In this document: positions 39,484-52,420 of the stretch, one piece after another
How positions within the stretch are numbered: the stretch's first letter is position 1
Layout: every line of letters starts with the position of its first letter
From: Nageia nagi
Taxonomy: Eukaryota; Plantae; Pinophyta
Direction: 5' to 3'
Length of the DNA: 64,000 nt
Assembly: GCA_050084985.1 (NCBI GenBank)
Contig: JBITNC010000001.1
Span: forward strand, 29,140,001 to 29,204,000
Notes under the pieces: generated by a model
What the model saw: the letters and a program-made list of their open reading frames with translations, nothing else
What the model was told of the DNA's origin: nothing
Databases searched by the model: none
Position numbers and translations under genes: made by a program

Positions 39484-40249
39484 TTCCAAAGTAAAGCCCA
39501 TAGTCATATATGGGTATCTTTAGGTTTTGAGAAATCAACTAACAAGGATGATGTTACTCTTGAGGATTCTAGAGAAGGATGAATTGAGAAGAAACCAAAG
39601 AAGAAGAAACAGAAAAAAGAATTATGCTTCTTTTTTCGAAAAGATGGCATGTTGGAAAGGACCCAATGGTAATACGCTTACAGTTAGAAAGGCACTTCGG
39701 ATCCAATTTAATGATGAATATGCTAAAAAGATGGCTAATTCAAAACACAAGAAAATGATTGTAGCTACGACCAACATGGAAGATATTTCCCTAAGGGAAC
39801 CACCAAAGAAGGAGAAAGAATTTAATGAAACTTAAATGACTACAATGTGGGTGTTCATGGACCTAAGTAAATTAAACTTAGTAGCATGACATGGCTTGGT
39901 CGACTTGGAAAAATATGTAAAAGAAATAGGTTCTAGAGAGGCCTCTAGTAGCTGTAGGAAGCCCAATTACCCAAGTTGCTTGAATTGAGATGAGTAAAAT
40001 TTGGTGGTGATTTAGTCAAATCTTTCTGTGAGAGTTAAAATCTAATGGAATTTTGTAAATACAAGTTTTGGTTCCCTATATAAAAGACACTAGTTATAAA
40101 TTTACCTTTACCAAAAAAAAATCTCCAATGCCTAAAAAAACCTTAAAATTTAATAAAGTTTAAAATGGTATCTCAAAAAGCTTTATATATCCATTTAGAG
40201 GATACTTTACAAAACATAAAATTTCCTCTTACCTAAAAGAATATTTTAT

Positions 40250-42575
40250 TTATAGAAAGAAACAAAGAAATTATATTAATGTCCACAAATGACCAAAAGC
40301 AGTCAATGGGATTGAAGGGTATACAAGTCTAAATCAGCATGAGGGGCTCAATGGTCCTCACTCAAAGCAAACTATGAAAAGTCTAAGAACAATATAGGAG
40401 ATAATCCCTAAAAGGAAATAAATAATCGAACAAAGAAACATAATAAGCAAACATAGTCGGAGGGAAGGTCTCTCATGATCTATCTAACTGTGCGCTCTTG
40501 GGTTGATCTGTGTTTGCATTGGCACTGTTGTAGCTAAAAAAGGTCGTGATTTGCTATGACCTCATAGAACTAAGGTCAACATGCACCCTCTATATGGTAA
40601 GTCGAGTACGTCGAGGAGAGTTCTCAATCCTCCTCCTACGAGCTCTCTTCTAAGGCAACTGGGAAGAAAGAGATAATCAAGTGATCACCTGTTGGGTGCT
40701 AGGATTCGGATAATAGATGTTTCCTGGGAAGGAAAGTCTCTAAGATAGGGTGTCAAACAACAATGGTCTAGGAACTGGAAGAATGTCGAGATTGAACTAT
40801 GGACGTATCGTAAAGGACAATTATACCGCCCTCGAATCTTATAATAAACTGAACATTGAAAGATGAAATGATCCTCAATCTCAAGCTCTATCAAGCACAA
40901 CTGACAAACTCAAAGCTCACGTGCCAAGTGGTGATCAATCTCGATCTGAAGCTAATGGGAGCACACTTTGAACTAGCCTAGAAACATTTGCAAGCCAAGA
41001 GGGAGACTAACGTAATCATGAGGTCGAATCAACCCGCTATCAAGACTCGAGAAGTGATGAGAGTAATGAAGCCACTTGGGTGTGAGGGGAGGATGGGGGG
41101 AACCCACGTGGGTTGAATATAGGCCCTATAAAGCATGTCTCTGATCAAAGCCAACGTAAAATCTAGCTCTTTACGTGTGTCCCCTTGGGATAACGGTAAC
41201 TGGTACGGTTAAAACCCGAAGCATTGCAATGCCTCATAGACCTAAGAGAACCAACACTAGCAACAACCCTAAGCTACAAAGTCCATGAACGATGCCAAGG
41301 CTCTGTAGGGGAGGCGATCATCTCTACCAGTAGAAGCAAAGGTGTGGAGATGATGAAGAAAAAGAACCATCAATGCAAAGGACTGTATATGTAAAGGTTG
41401 GCAGCCAAACTTGTCTAGCATAATGTGGTGTAGAACAAATCTCTTTCTCTAAATAGAGCGAGATAGAGTGCCAACCAAGATCCTTTCAATTGTGGCCCAA
41501 TCCTAGCTCCTCGAGCTAGGGCCCCAAACCTCAAAACCATATAGCATTGTGGGAGTGACCAAAGTGTGGAATAACTGAAGCTTGGATAAGATATCCTAGA
41601 AACGGAATTGGACACATTGTCTCTCAATGGAGGAAACTATTGCATATCCTCATCGTACTCTGGGTAGGGTTATTGCTCGCATAGAGAATCAAGGTCTTGT
41701 GGAGAGCACCCCCAGGTAGGCATAAGATGTGGCAATCTCAATAACCCTACCCATGTAAGTGATCTGAGTCTGATCAATAATGGCCTTCGAGATGTTGAAG
41801 ACCACAATATTGGTTTTGTTGAGATTCAACACTAAGTCCTATCTTGTGCTAAACAAATTGAGGGTATCCATCAAATGTTGAAGACCCTATATTGTGCGTG
41901 AGATTAGTACAATATCATCGACAAAGAGGAGGAGAAGACACCCAGTGTCGATGCCTATAGTCGCGAGTATAAGTGACTCTAACTCATCAATATAAAGACC
42001 AAAGAGAGTCGGAGAAAGTGGGCAACCCTGCTTCACCCTGATGGTGCTATGAATCATGTTAGATAGACCTTTTGCAGTACACACCCTCCTTGAAACCGAC
42101 TCGTATAGTGTCAAGATGGTTGTAAGGCCTAGCTCAAGGATCCCCAATCGTCTAAGTCTATCCATAAGTTTGTGATGCGGGACAATATCAAAAGCCTTCC
42201 TGAAATCTACAAAACAACTAAAAATTAAGGTCTTCCAAAACATATCCTCCTTAATAATCGCTCGAAGAGTGAGGATGTGGTATGTGGTGCGGAAACCTAC
42301 CTGTCCTCCTTCCTTGAAACCTCTAACGTCTACCGAGATATGTAGTCCTCAAGAGTGGTGGCAAAAAGCTTGGCCATAATGTGTCCAATTATAATGGTGT
42401 AGTAATTGCTCAAATCATAAGGGTCACCTAATTTGAGGATGGGGTGGATAATTTTCAAGGTCCAAGGGGTGGGGAAGCCAATGCAAATGATGGTGTTGAA
42501 GAGATGGGAGAGGAAGAGGGGCATGATGGAACTAATGTGCTTGAGATATTCGGTTTGAAGGTTTTCAATATCAAT
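40250..42575 (-). mobile_element. 5'-truncated non-LTR retrotransposon (RTEX/L2-like RT plus C-terminal CCHC)
   Basis: CFVDFRKAFDIVPH, VKQGCPLSPTLFGLYIDEL, LLFVDDIVL, CLIELEIEDHFIFQCSVY; TTTC-rich tail at about 40255. Confidence 0.88.
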
Positions 42576-42579
42576 CACT

Positions 42580-43850
42580 TTCCTAAAAGGTTGGAATTAA
42601 GAGATTATCAAAAGGGAATGCCAAAGACATCATTTTGGAGTGATGATAACATCAAAGATAAAACAAAACTATCTTACTTTAAAAACTATCTATAGAATAA
42701 TATTAAACAAAAATTCTAAAAAATTGGAAATTTTATCCTTACCCTTAATATCCAAACCCTTTTTTCAACACATCCCTTAAATAAGGTTTACCTAAATAAT
42801 GGACTATAAATTCAATCATTCTTTTATATAAAACTAACGATAAAAATTATAGAACTCTTAAGATATTTTCTTTATTTGTCAAACTCAATGGTAGTATTAT
42901 AAAAAAGAAAATTAGCAATTGGTTTGATCATAATAATTGAAGAGCTAAAGGCCAAGCTGATTTTAAAAGCATACATTCAACAATTGATCACATCCTCACC
43001 TTTTGAGTTATTACTGAAAATTATTGAAATGATAAAGAAGATTTATTTGTTAAATTTGTAGATTTCAAAAAATCCTTTATTATTGTCCTTAGGGGTAAAG
43101 TTTTAAAGTATATGGCTAAATTATATATATCATTTGAACTAAGATTTGCAATTTATAGGTTTTATGAGCAAGTTATCACCAAGCTCAAAACTTATAAAGG
43201 GTGGTCTTAGGAGATTAGTTGCAATATTAGAGGTAAACAAGGATGTGCACTATCCCAACTCTATTTGGTATTTATATAGCTCAACTTGAAAAATATTTCG
43301 AAGAAGTTGGATGTATAAGCACCAACATGTGTAACCTCATCATTATTATCTTACTTTATGCAAATGATATTATTATGTTAGCTAAACATAATACTAATCT
43401 TGTAAATTATTAAATATTCTTCAAACATTTTACAATATATTTGATTTAATAGTTAATGTACATAAAACCAAAATTATGATTTAAATCTAAAAAAACATCT
43501 CTCTACAATCTTATTTAATAATCAACCCTTGGGCGTGATCCACTCTTACAAATACTTAGGTATTGACATAAATCGCAAACTATATTGGAATCTAAGTATC
43601 AAAAAAAGAATCTTTGTTAGATGGAAAGCCTTTTATGGTCTAGAACATAAATGTAAAAATGCAAGACTTTGGAATTGGGACAAAAAGAAAACTTTTTTGT
43701 CTTTTCTTGTAACCTAAATAACACTGTGGTTGTGAAGTTTGGGATGGAAGTATTTCTCAACATGCATGGAATAAAATTAAGCAAATTCAAAAACAATTCA
43801 TCATTTATAACTTCAAACTTAAAAGCAACATGACATACCCTATCCTTCTC
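42580..43850 (+). mobile_element. Older, AT-eroded LINE of the same clade; continues at about 45636-45800
   Basis: FVDFKKSF, GKQGCALS, LLYANDI, YKYLGI. KSNMTYPILL before 43850 continues as VGLLPIESE after 45636. Confidence 0.75.
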
Positions 43851-45635
43851 AGAAGGTTTATTTGATGTGATTCATAGCACCATCGAGGTGAAGCAGGGTT
43901 GCCTGCTTTCTTCGACTCTCTTCGGTCTTTATATTGATGAGTTGGAGTCACTTATACTTGAGATTGCAAGCATCGAGATCAAGTGTTTTCTCCACAACAC
44001 TCGTGTTCCCATCCTCCTCTTTGTCGATGATATTGTACTACTCTCACATACAGTAGAGGGTCTTTAGCATTTTGATGGATACCCTCGATTTGTTCAACAC
44101 CAGACAGGACTTAATGGTTAATCTCAATAAAACCAATATTGTGGTCTTCAACACCTCGAAGGTCGTTGTTGATCAGACTCATATCACTTACAGGGGTAAG
44201 GTTATTGGGATTGCCACATCTTACACCTACCTGGGGGTGCTCTTCATAGGACCTTGATTTTCTATGCAAATGGCAACCCCACCCAAAGTACAACAAGGAT
44301 ATGCAACAGTTTTCTCCCTGAAGAGATAGTGTGTCCAGCTCCATTTCCAAGATATCCCATCCAAGCTCTAGTTATTCCATGGTTGAGAGGATCTTGGTTG
44401 GCACCATATCTCGCTTTATTCGGAGCAAGAGGTCTATTCCATACCACATTATCCTTGCAAAGTCTAGCTGCCAACCTTTACAGATATGGTCCCTTGCACT
44501 AATGGTTCTTTTTCTTTATCGTCTCACACACACACCTTTGCTTCTACTAGTAGAGATGATCGACTTCCCTACAAAGCCTTGGCGTTGTCCATGGACTTGG
44601 CACCTCAGGGTTATCATTGGTGTTGGTTATCTAAGGTCTCTCTAAGGCATTGCAGCACTTCGAGTTTTCACTGGATCAGTTACCTGTACTCCAGGGGGAC
44701 ACACACACAGACCCAGATGATACGTTGGCTTCGATAAAAGACATGCTTTATAGGGCCTATATGCAATGCACTTGGGTTGCCCCTAACCTCCCCTCACACC
44801 TAAGCTGTTGCACTACTCTCATCACTTCCTGAGTCTTAAAAGAGGGTTGATTCGACCTCTTGATTACATCAATCTACACCTCCCTCTTGGCTTACAGATG
44901 TTTCTAGGGCAATTCAGAGTGTGCTCCCACCAACTTCGGATCGAGACTGATCACCATTTGGCACATGAACTTCGAGTTTGTCGATTGTGCTTGATAGAGC
45001 TTAAGATCGAGGATCATTTCATCTTCCGATGTTCAATTTATTATGAGATTTGAAGGCGGTATAACTATCTTTTTTGGGATGCCCATAGCTCAATCTCGAC
45101 ATTCTTTCAATTCCCATAACATTGTTGTTTGCACTCTATCTCAAAGAGACATTCCTTCTTAGGAAACATCTATTATTCGACTCCCAACACCCAACAAGTG
45201 ATCACTTGATTAACTCTTTCTTCCCAATTGCCTCAAGAGAGGGAGTTCGTAAGAGGATTGAGAACTCTCCTCGACCTACTCGATGTACTAGACAAAGGGT
45301 CCATACTGACCTTAGTTCTATAAGATTGTAGCGAATCACAACCTTCTTTAGCTACAACAATGCCGAGGCAAACACATATCAACCCAAGAGTGCACAATTA
45401 GATAGATCATGAGAGATCTCCCCTCTAACTATGTTTGCTTAGTATGTTTCTTTGTTCAACTATTTATTTCCTTTTAAGGATTAACTCCTATATTGTTCTT
45501 AGACTTTTCATAGTTTGCTTTGAGTGAGGGCTATGAAACCCCTCATATTGCTTTAGACTTGTATACTCTTCAGTCCCATTGGTCGCTTTTGGTCATCTAT
45601 TGACATTAATATAATTTCTTTCTTCCTTTCTTTCA
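43851..45635 (+). mobile_element. Second younger RTEX/L2-like LINE copy, inverted relative to 40250-42070
   Basis: EVKQGCLLSSTLFGLYIDEL, LLFVDDIVL, HQLRIET...CRLCLIELKIEDHFIFRC. Reverse-complement match to the first copy through the 3' UTR and TTTC tail. Confidence 0.9.
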
Positions 45636-47040
45636 TGTAAGTTGGTTTACTACCTATTGAAAGTGAAGTTTTAAGATGATATATTTTATTAAATTATAAA
45701 CTAAGTTAGACCCTCTTAGGTTATCTATAGTTGCCCAACATACTTATTTACCTCATCAACATTTTCAAAGAGGTTGGCTAAAAGACTTGATAAGTGGTTC
45801 GATTTTTGGAGCATACACATTAACATAACTCCTAATAGCGATAAATTAAAATTACATATTACAAATAAAGTAATTCAAAAATTATGGAGTGATGATAGTA
45901 TAACATCATTAATCCAAAACTTGAACATTCATCTTATCCACATATGTTAGTCTACAAAGGAAACTCGTGATCGCAAAATTAAGAAATGATCCACACAAAT
46001 TCCATTACAAAGTTGGTAGATAGACAATAACTAAAACACCTTGGGATAGAAGGTGTAAGCTTTGTAACAATATCTACATTTCCCATGCCCTGGAGACATT
46101 TCCTTTTAAAATTTTGAAAAGAGGACAGCTGAAGGACGTTTCCATGGATGAATCATGAATGCTGATGATGAATGAAACATTGAAACTATATCTAATATCT
46201 ACATTTCTTAAATATGAAAATTCTAGAGATTTTTTAGTATATATATATATACTTGCCATCCCCCTTGTGTTTCCTAAAATCGGGTCGCCATCCCCTACCG
46301 TCCTTGGAGACTCCTCCCCTCGTTTCTCCATCCCCCACTCCATGACAACCTTGATATTTATCATATGCTAATGATTAGTGGTGTTTGCCACTAACAACAA
46401 ATTTTTAATCTTATCAATAATGTTATCTCCCCTGTATTTCTTTGTTACACTCTTATTATCTGATATAGGTTAATAAGTGTTATCTTGGGTTTGCAGTAGC
46501 CTCTCTTCCGGCATTTCTTTGTCCAGGAGTTACATTCTAATTATCTTATATAGGTTAATCAGTGCTACCTATTTATCATATATTAAAAGAAGTGCTTCAC
46601 TCCGCTATCATTAGAATTCTCGATGTTACAATCAGTGCTGTTGTCAGTTCATTATTTCTCACCATTTAGTTCTTCCAAGGAACCATCACTCCAAAAAAAA
46701 AGCCAGCCATGTCCTTGGTATGAAAACAAATTTTCAGATATATAACATTCTGCCCGACTGTTATCAATGAAATTAACATTTGAAAGTTGAAAGGAATAAA
46801 TACTGTAACTGCTAGTCTAATTATAATGGATCCATCCATTCATAAGACCAACAAAACACTAAGAAAAAAAATCCATATTTAGAATATACAAAATCATCAA
46901 CGGGCCTAAGTATTCAGATAGAGCGAGTCTTCTAATTCAATCATAAACGAGTTATTTTCCTGTCCAAATTTTCAACAAAATAACCCCATAGCTATAGAAC
47001 TACTTGGTCATTATTTCACCATTACCATTATTTCACAAAA

Positions 47041-47170
47041 CTATAACACTGTCAGCAACAAAATATTGAATAGAGAACAAGGATCAGTCCCCAGTTCACC
47101 TTCGAGTTTGGCTTCTTTCCTTTTCGGAGGATCCAGCTTAAGATAGAAAAAAGGCTCTGTGGGCTCCTCC
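47041..47170 (-). CDS. Host gene coding exon 3 (small conserved plant protein of unknown function)
   Basis: TGCAG acceptor at 47171-47175; phase-2 junction completes Gly. Encodes EEPTEPFFYLKLDPPKRKEAKLEGELGTDPCSLFNILLLTVL*. The 3' end is uncertain because of a possible donor GAAG|GTGAAC near 47100. Confidence 0.8.
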
Positions 47171-47936
47171 CTGCAGAATATGAAAAACTTCAGAGTAGTC
47201 TAGACATAAATGTTTATAAACAAACCATCATTGTGATAACTGCTATGAAATGGCGTGATGCATTCTTTCCAAAGCCCACCACGGTAAGCTTTAGTCAATC
47301 TAGTCAGTAAGAAAGGCAGTGGGATTGTAACTTTGTTCACCTCATCAAGGAAAGTTTGAAAAACATTTTCTAAGTCTCAGTTCACCAGTAAACTGAAGAA
47401 TGACATAAGGTACAAATCGAAATAGCTTTTTATGCATTTGCATGAAATTAAATATATAAGCCACTGACCGGAAGGTAACTCTACAACACTTCACCTAAAA
47501 ATAAAAGCATAAATAATGGTATAGCACATGAAACTAGGCAACTACAAATCAATAGATAACATCCTTGAAAAGTTCATTGATTGCCAGATCCAATCAAGTT
47601 TTCGTTTGCAGAACAAAAATCATCACAGGGCAACTATTTTGAAAGAAAAAGAAAGCATATGATCTATAATGCAACTCTTAATCGATGCAGTCATAACTAT
47701 AATTTCAATTTGTCCTTCCACAATTCCACCCTTTTCAAAGATGAGATTGACGGAGCTGATGTCTACTACATTTTATTAAAAATGAAGCAATAAATCAATA
47801 CCCATCGTATAATGACTCTAGAAAAAGGCTCTAAAAGAAATATATGCTTCATTCTTCCCTACTTTATTTCTGATAAAGATATTGAACACAATGTTGATGA
47901 AAAAAAGAGATGCAAAGAAAACAAGTACACACTTAC

Positions 47937-48016
47937 CCTGGGTTTGATTTCATGCATTCTCTAAACAGCCGTATAGGTCCTGGAAGAGTCTTAAATAAAT
48001 TTCCTTCAAAACATGC
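47937..48016 (-). CDS. Host gene coding exon 2
   Basis: TTTTCACAG acceptor and GG|GTAAGT donor. Encodes ACFEGNLFKTLPGPIRLFRECMKSNP(G), in phase with exons 1 and 3. Confidence 0.88.
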
Positions 48017-48135
48017 CTGTGAAAAAATGTTTAAATTACTGCATTATTATACACCAATCTAGTAAGAAACTATATGTTAAAATTCAGCTAATACAATAAC
48101 AGAGATCGAATGCAATTCTATTCTTGATATTGCAA

Positions 48136-48352
48136 TAACAGCGACTAATAGAAGCACAAGTAATATAACCAAGCAATTAATAACAGAAGAACCATGGCAT
48201 TTGCCAAATCCAAGTAATAGAATAACAGAATTTGGCAATGAATATAACAGCGACTAATAGAAGCAAAAGTAATATAACCAAGCAATTAATAACAGAAGAA
48301 CCATGGCGTTTGCCAAATCCAAGTGATAGAATAACAGAATTTTGCAATGAAT
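48136..48352. repeat. About 108-bp tandem duplication in intron 1
   Basis: TAACAGCGACTAATAGAAGCA...GCAATGAAT occurs twice with few mismatches. Confidence 0.9.
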
Positions 48353-48619
48353 GACAATGAGAAGATCCAGATATTGTTACTACTTCAAAGCAGCAACCCC
48401 CAATGTATTTGAAGATACGAAATAAGATATGAATTCACAATGATGATTATGGGAATAGCCCCTACTTCTATTTATAAGTAAATTCTAGCTAACACACATA
48501 TCCCTATGTTCTATAGCCGACCATCCATGTAATAAGACTAAGAGACAACGAAATTAAAGATAAACGTGTAGTTATGCAGGAGTCATAGCATGCATTCCCA
48601 CATTGAAAAGCTTTAACCT

Positions 48620-48960
48620 CAAAGCTTGTAGCTGTAGGAAGTCCTTCAAAATAGAATTTGTTTCCTCCATTGCATCCTCTTTAGGTAGGTCCTTCCATTT
48701 GATAAGCAGTTTCTTGACTTCCTAGTTCTTTAGCTTCCTTTAGAATTCGTCCAAACTAGCTTTAGTTCTAGTAGCATCTTCTCTTCTTCATAAAATTCTG
48801 AAATAGTGCTTATGCTTGATTCTTTTCACAAAGCACCTGTTTAAAAGAAAGATTTTTCAATCTGGTGGTAGTTCCAATTGCTTCGCAACTTAGCCAACCT
48901 TCTTGAGTACTTTATATGGTTTGTAAAAACTTGGATGCCAACTTCTATTCAATCCTCGTC
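48620..48960 (-). mobile_element. Gypsy integrase C-terminus / chromodomain remnant
   Basis: YKPYKVLKKVG*VAKQLELPP and LIKWKDLPKEDA on the minus strand. Confidence 0.6.
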
Positions 48961-49199
48961 TTCAATGATGCCTGTGAGAAACTTTTATTTATGCAGAAGC
49001 AGTTACAGGCTTGCAGCCACTTGCTGCAAACGCATTAGCTACAGACACAGAAGTTGGAAACAGAATGCATCAGTTGCTGCAGAAAATTTTGCTTATCCAG
49101 CAGCTGTTGTAGAAAGCACAACAGTTGCTAAAAACATAGCAATTAGAAGCAGAATCCACCAGTTGCAGAAGAAATTAAACTAACTAAACACACATCAAA

Positions 49200-52100
49200 G
49201 CATTAACACAACAAAGGAGCAAAAACAATTGTCTTTTATTAACTGTGCTACAAATACAAGCTGCATAGACTCTCACAAACTGATTCTCTACAACCACCTT
49301 ACTCCTGTCAGCTAATACTATACTTTTATAATGATTAGGAATGATGTTTTATCTTCCCTTCGGTTACACATTCTTCAATCTCACTGTCATAACAGTGAAT
49401 ATACATAATTACAGTTACAAATACAATTACAATCTGGACGGAAGTTATATTTTCTTTTCAATATCTTATCAGCATCACCTTTCCAACATTCTGCTCCTTG
49501 CTGCTGAGAGGATTCACAAGATTGTCTCTAAGCTTTAAGAACTGAGCTTTAGCAACTCCTTTTGCAAGCACATCAGCAAGCTAGTCCTAAGTGCTACAGT
49601 ACTTCAGCTTACTTTCTTTCTTTTGAGACATAACCTTGATAAAATGATACTTCAAGTTCAAATCAAAGAGTTTAGACCTGGTATGATGAAAGGGGTTATT
49701 TGCCAATTGAATTGAACCGGTATTGCCACAAAAAATGACTGGGATTACATTGCTTCTCATCAATCTCCTCTAGTACCTTCCTAAGTCATAAGGCTTGTGC
49801 ACTAGCTGAATGGTGACAATATAATCAGCTTCTATGGAGGAAAAAGCAATCGATCCTTGCTCCTGTGATCTCCAAGTGATAAGTTTGGAACCAAAATAAA
49901 AAATACTACCAGAAGTAGATTTTCAATCATCCAAGCTGCATCCCCAATAAGAATCACAAAGCCAACAAGTTCCATCTCCTTAGTTGCATAATAATGAATT
50001 CCAAAATCAAGAATATCTTCACGTACCTCAAGATTCTCTTGGCATCCTTCTAATGAATTTGGAATGGTTCACTCATGCAACTTGAAACAATAGAAACAGC
50101 ATAAGCAAAGTTCGGTCTAATGTTAATGAGAAACATCAAAATTCCCACAATGCAAGGCTCACTGTTGGGTTAAGCTTCTTTCTTTTCTCATCATTAACAT
50201 GAACATAGATTAAACAACCAAAAACTTTAAAGTGATTAACATTGGGTTTTCATACCACACTTCATAAGGATTCTTCTTGTCAAAAGCACTTATGGGACTT
50301 CTACTAAGAAAATATACTACTGTAACGACTACATCAAGCCAAAAAGAATTGCTCGCTCAGCCCCTTGGTTTCATGCATACTCCTAGCCATCTCTACCACA
50401 ATTAAGTTTTTTCTCTCAGCCATCCCATTTTGTTGAGATGTGTAGGTTGTTGTAAGCTGCCTCTTAATCCCATTCTTATAAAAAAACTGTGTGAACTGCC
50501 TTCAACAATAGTCACGACCACAGTCAATTTTTAAACAAATAAATTTATATGCACTTTGATTTTCTGCAAAGGCTTTAAACCTCTTAAAGCCTCATCTTTA
50601 TTCTTCAAAAAATAGACCCAACATTTCTTGGAAAATTTATCAATAAAAGTAAAAAATAAGATGACTTACCCAAGCTGTTGGTTTTCATTGGACCACAAAT
50701 ATCATAATGAACTCGTTGGAGTGGGTATGAGGCTCTCCATGCTCTTCCTCTAGGAAACATTTTTCTAGAATGCTTGGTTTTGATACACACTTCCCAAACT
50801 CGTTTGTGATCTTCAACTTTCTGCAAACCTCAAGCCAGTTTTTGAGAAGTCAACAACTTCGAACTTTAAAACTTTAAGTGGCCATACATAAAATGCCACA
50901 ACCAGCTTTTATCTTCAATTGCAACATTTAACATGTTCCTAACTTGTCCTCCAAACTTCAAAGGAAACATCCAATTACTTGACATGGGAAAAATAGTGAC
51001 AACTTTGTTCCCATGATTCTTGTCATAAATGATACATTGCTTGTCATCAAAAACAACTCTACAATTCTTTCCACAAAGCAGTCCAACTCAACAAATTATG
51101 CTTAATCTTGATCTTGGCTTGAATTTCTCATCCGTATGGGCAAACAACTCCATCTTGCCTATCATATGATTGGAGCAGCTAGAATTTAAAAACCAAGACT
51201 CTTGAAGAGTCTTCTCAGCCATGTCATATGATAAGAACAAGTTGTTTGGAGCATTCCCATTCACATTTGCATAATTTACTTTTTTTCGTTCATTGGCAAC
51301 TTTCACTCTCCATTTTTTTCCCAAATGACCATACCTCTTGCAATTGTAGCATTTGACATTTCTCTTGTCAGAGCTACCTCTTCCTTCAGTAGAAGATCCT
51401 TCTTTTTGAAGAATTCTTGTTTTGACATTTCCCTTGTCCTTGCCCTTATGCTTATGTGCTTATATTAGCACCCTCACTTCTTGAGACTCTTACCTTTGAG
51501 GAAAAAGCCTTTTCATCACCTTCAAAGGTGTCTCCGAATCTCTCTTCTTGGAACATAAGAGAACCAAAGAGGTGATCAAACTCCAATACTATCAAATATT
51601 TACACTCTTCAATAATGTTGGGAACATAGTTCCATCTTGGTGTTAGTGTTCTTATCATTTTCTTCACAACAACTTCTTTCTTCATTTTTTCTCCTAAAGT
51701 GGCCATTTTGTTAACCAAATCCTTTACTCTTTAACATAGTATTCACTAACACTTCAAACTCTTGCATTCTCAAGTTCTCAAAATCTGCAACTTGATCACT
51801 TTCACTTGGTCGTTGCCTTGGTAAGCCTCTTGTAGAGCCTTCCAACCATCACCGGTTGAATTTGCATCTGCTATGCATGGAAACAAATTATTGTCAAGGG
51901 TTGATTATATGTGGAACAACGCGAAGGAGTTCTTCTTCATGACCTCCTTTTTGACTTGTCTGTTATTTTGGGGGATAGTGTTCAGGTTTGCTACCTCATT
52001 GTAACCACGATCTCCAATATTCCAAAGCTCTTTTCCAATCAACAATGTCCTCAACTTAATGCTTCAATAGCCACAATCTTGTCCACTAAACTCTGGAATA

Positions 52101-52420
52101 AGAAGGGAGTTACTGTTGTTGGCCATTATACTTAAACAACAATAAAAGAAGTCTACCTCCAATGAACTTGCAACACAACTTGATCGATAGTTAGAAAGGC
52201 TACGAACACAAGCCCACTCCACCCCAAGGCCAGATTGTCTTTTACTAACTCTAATACAAAGTCAAGTTGCACACACCCAAAACCTCTCACAAACTGATTC
52301 TCTACAACCACCTTACTACGACCAACTAATACAATTAGAGGGACTAGGAATGACATTTTGTCTTCTTTTTAGTTACATATTCTTCTGGCTAACTGTCATA
52401 ACAAAGAGTATACAATATTG
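49200..52420 (-). mobile_element. Old internally deleted Copia (Copia C) in intron 1
   Basis: Diverged LTR-like repeats at about 49225-49410 and 52235-52415 share CTCTCACAAACTGATTCTCTACAACCACCTTACT. Gag (51088-52130), integrase (50605-50826) and RNase H fragments present; RT core missing. Confidence 0.82.

Larger units (their letters stand above)
34430..40120 (+). mobile_element. 5'-truncated L1 LINE ORF2 (RT C-terminus, zf-RVT) interrupted at about 35677-38467, ending in an A-tail
   Basis: KKLTSWKG..LSLA...LVKTVLQSI, VSWGKVCKPKKEGG. EEIIDHI before the insert and SFAKDVW...IWKERNQRIF after it. CCTTTACCAAAAAAAAA at about 40105-40120. Confidence 0.78.

Noticed and set aside
46075-46355. MITE or hAT fragment with C-rich motifs
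   Set aside because: No TIR pair or TSD could be identified.
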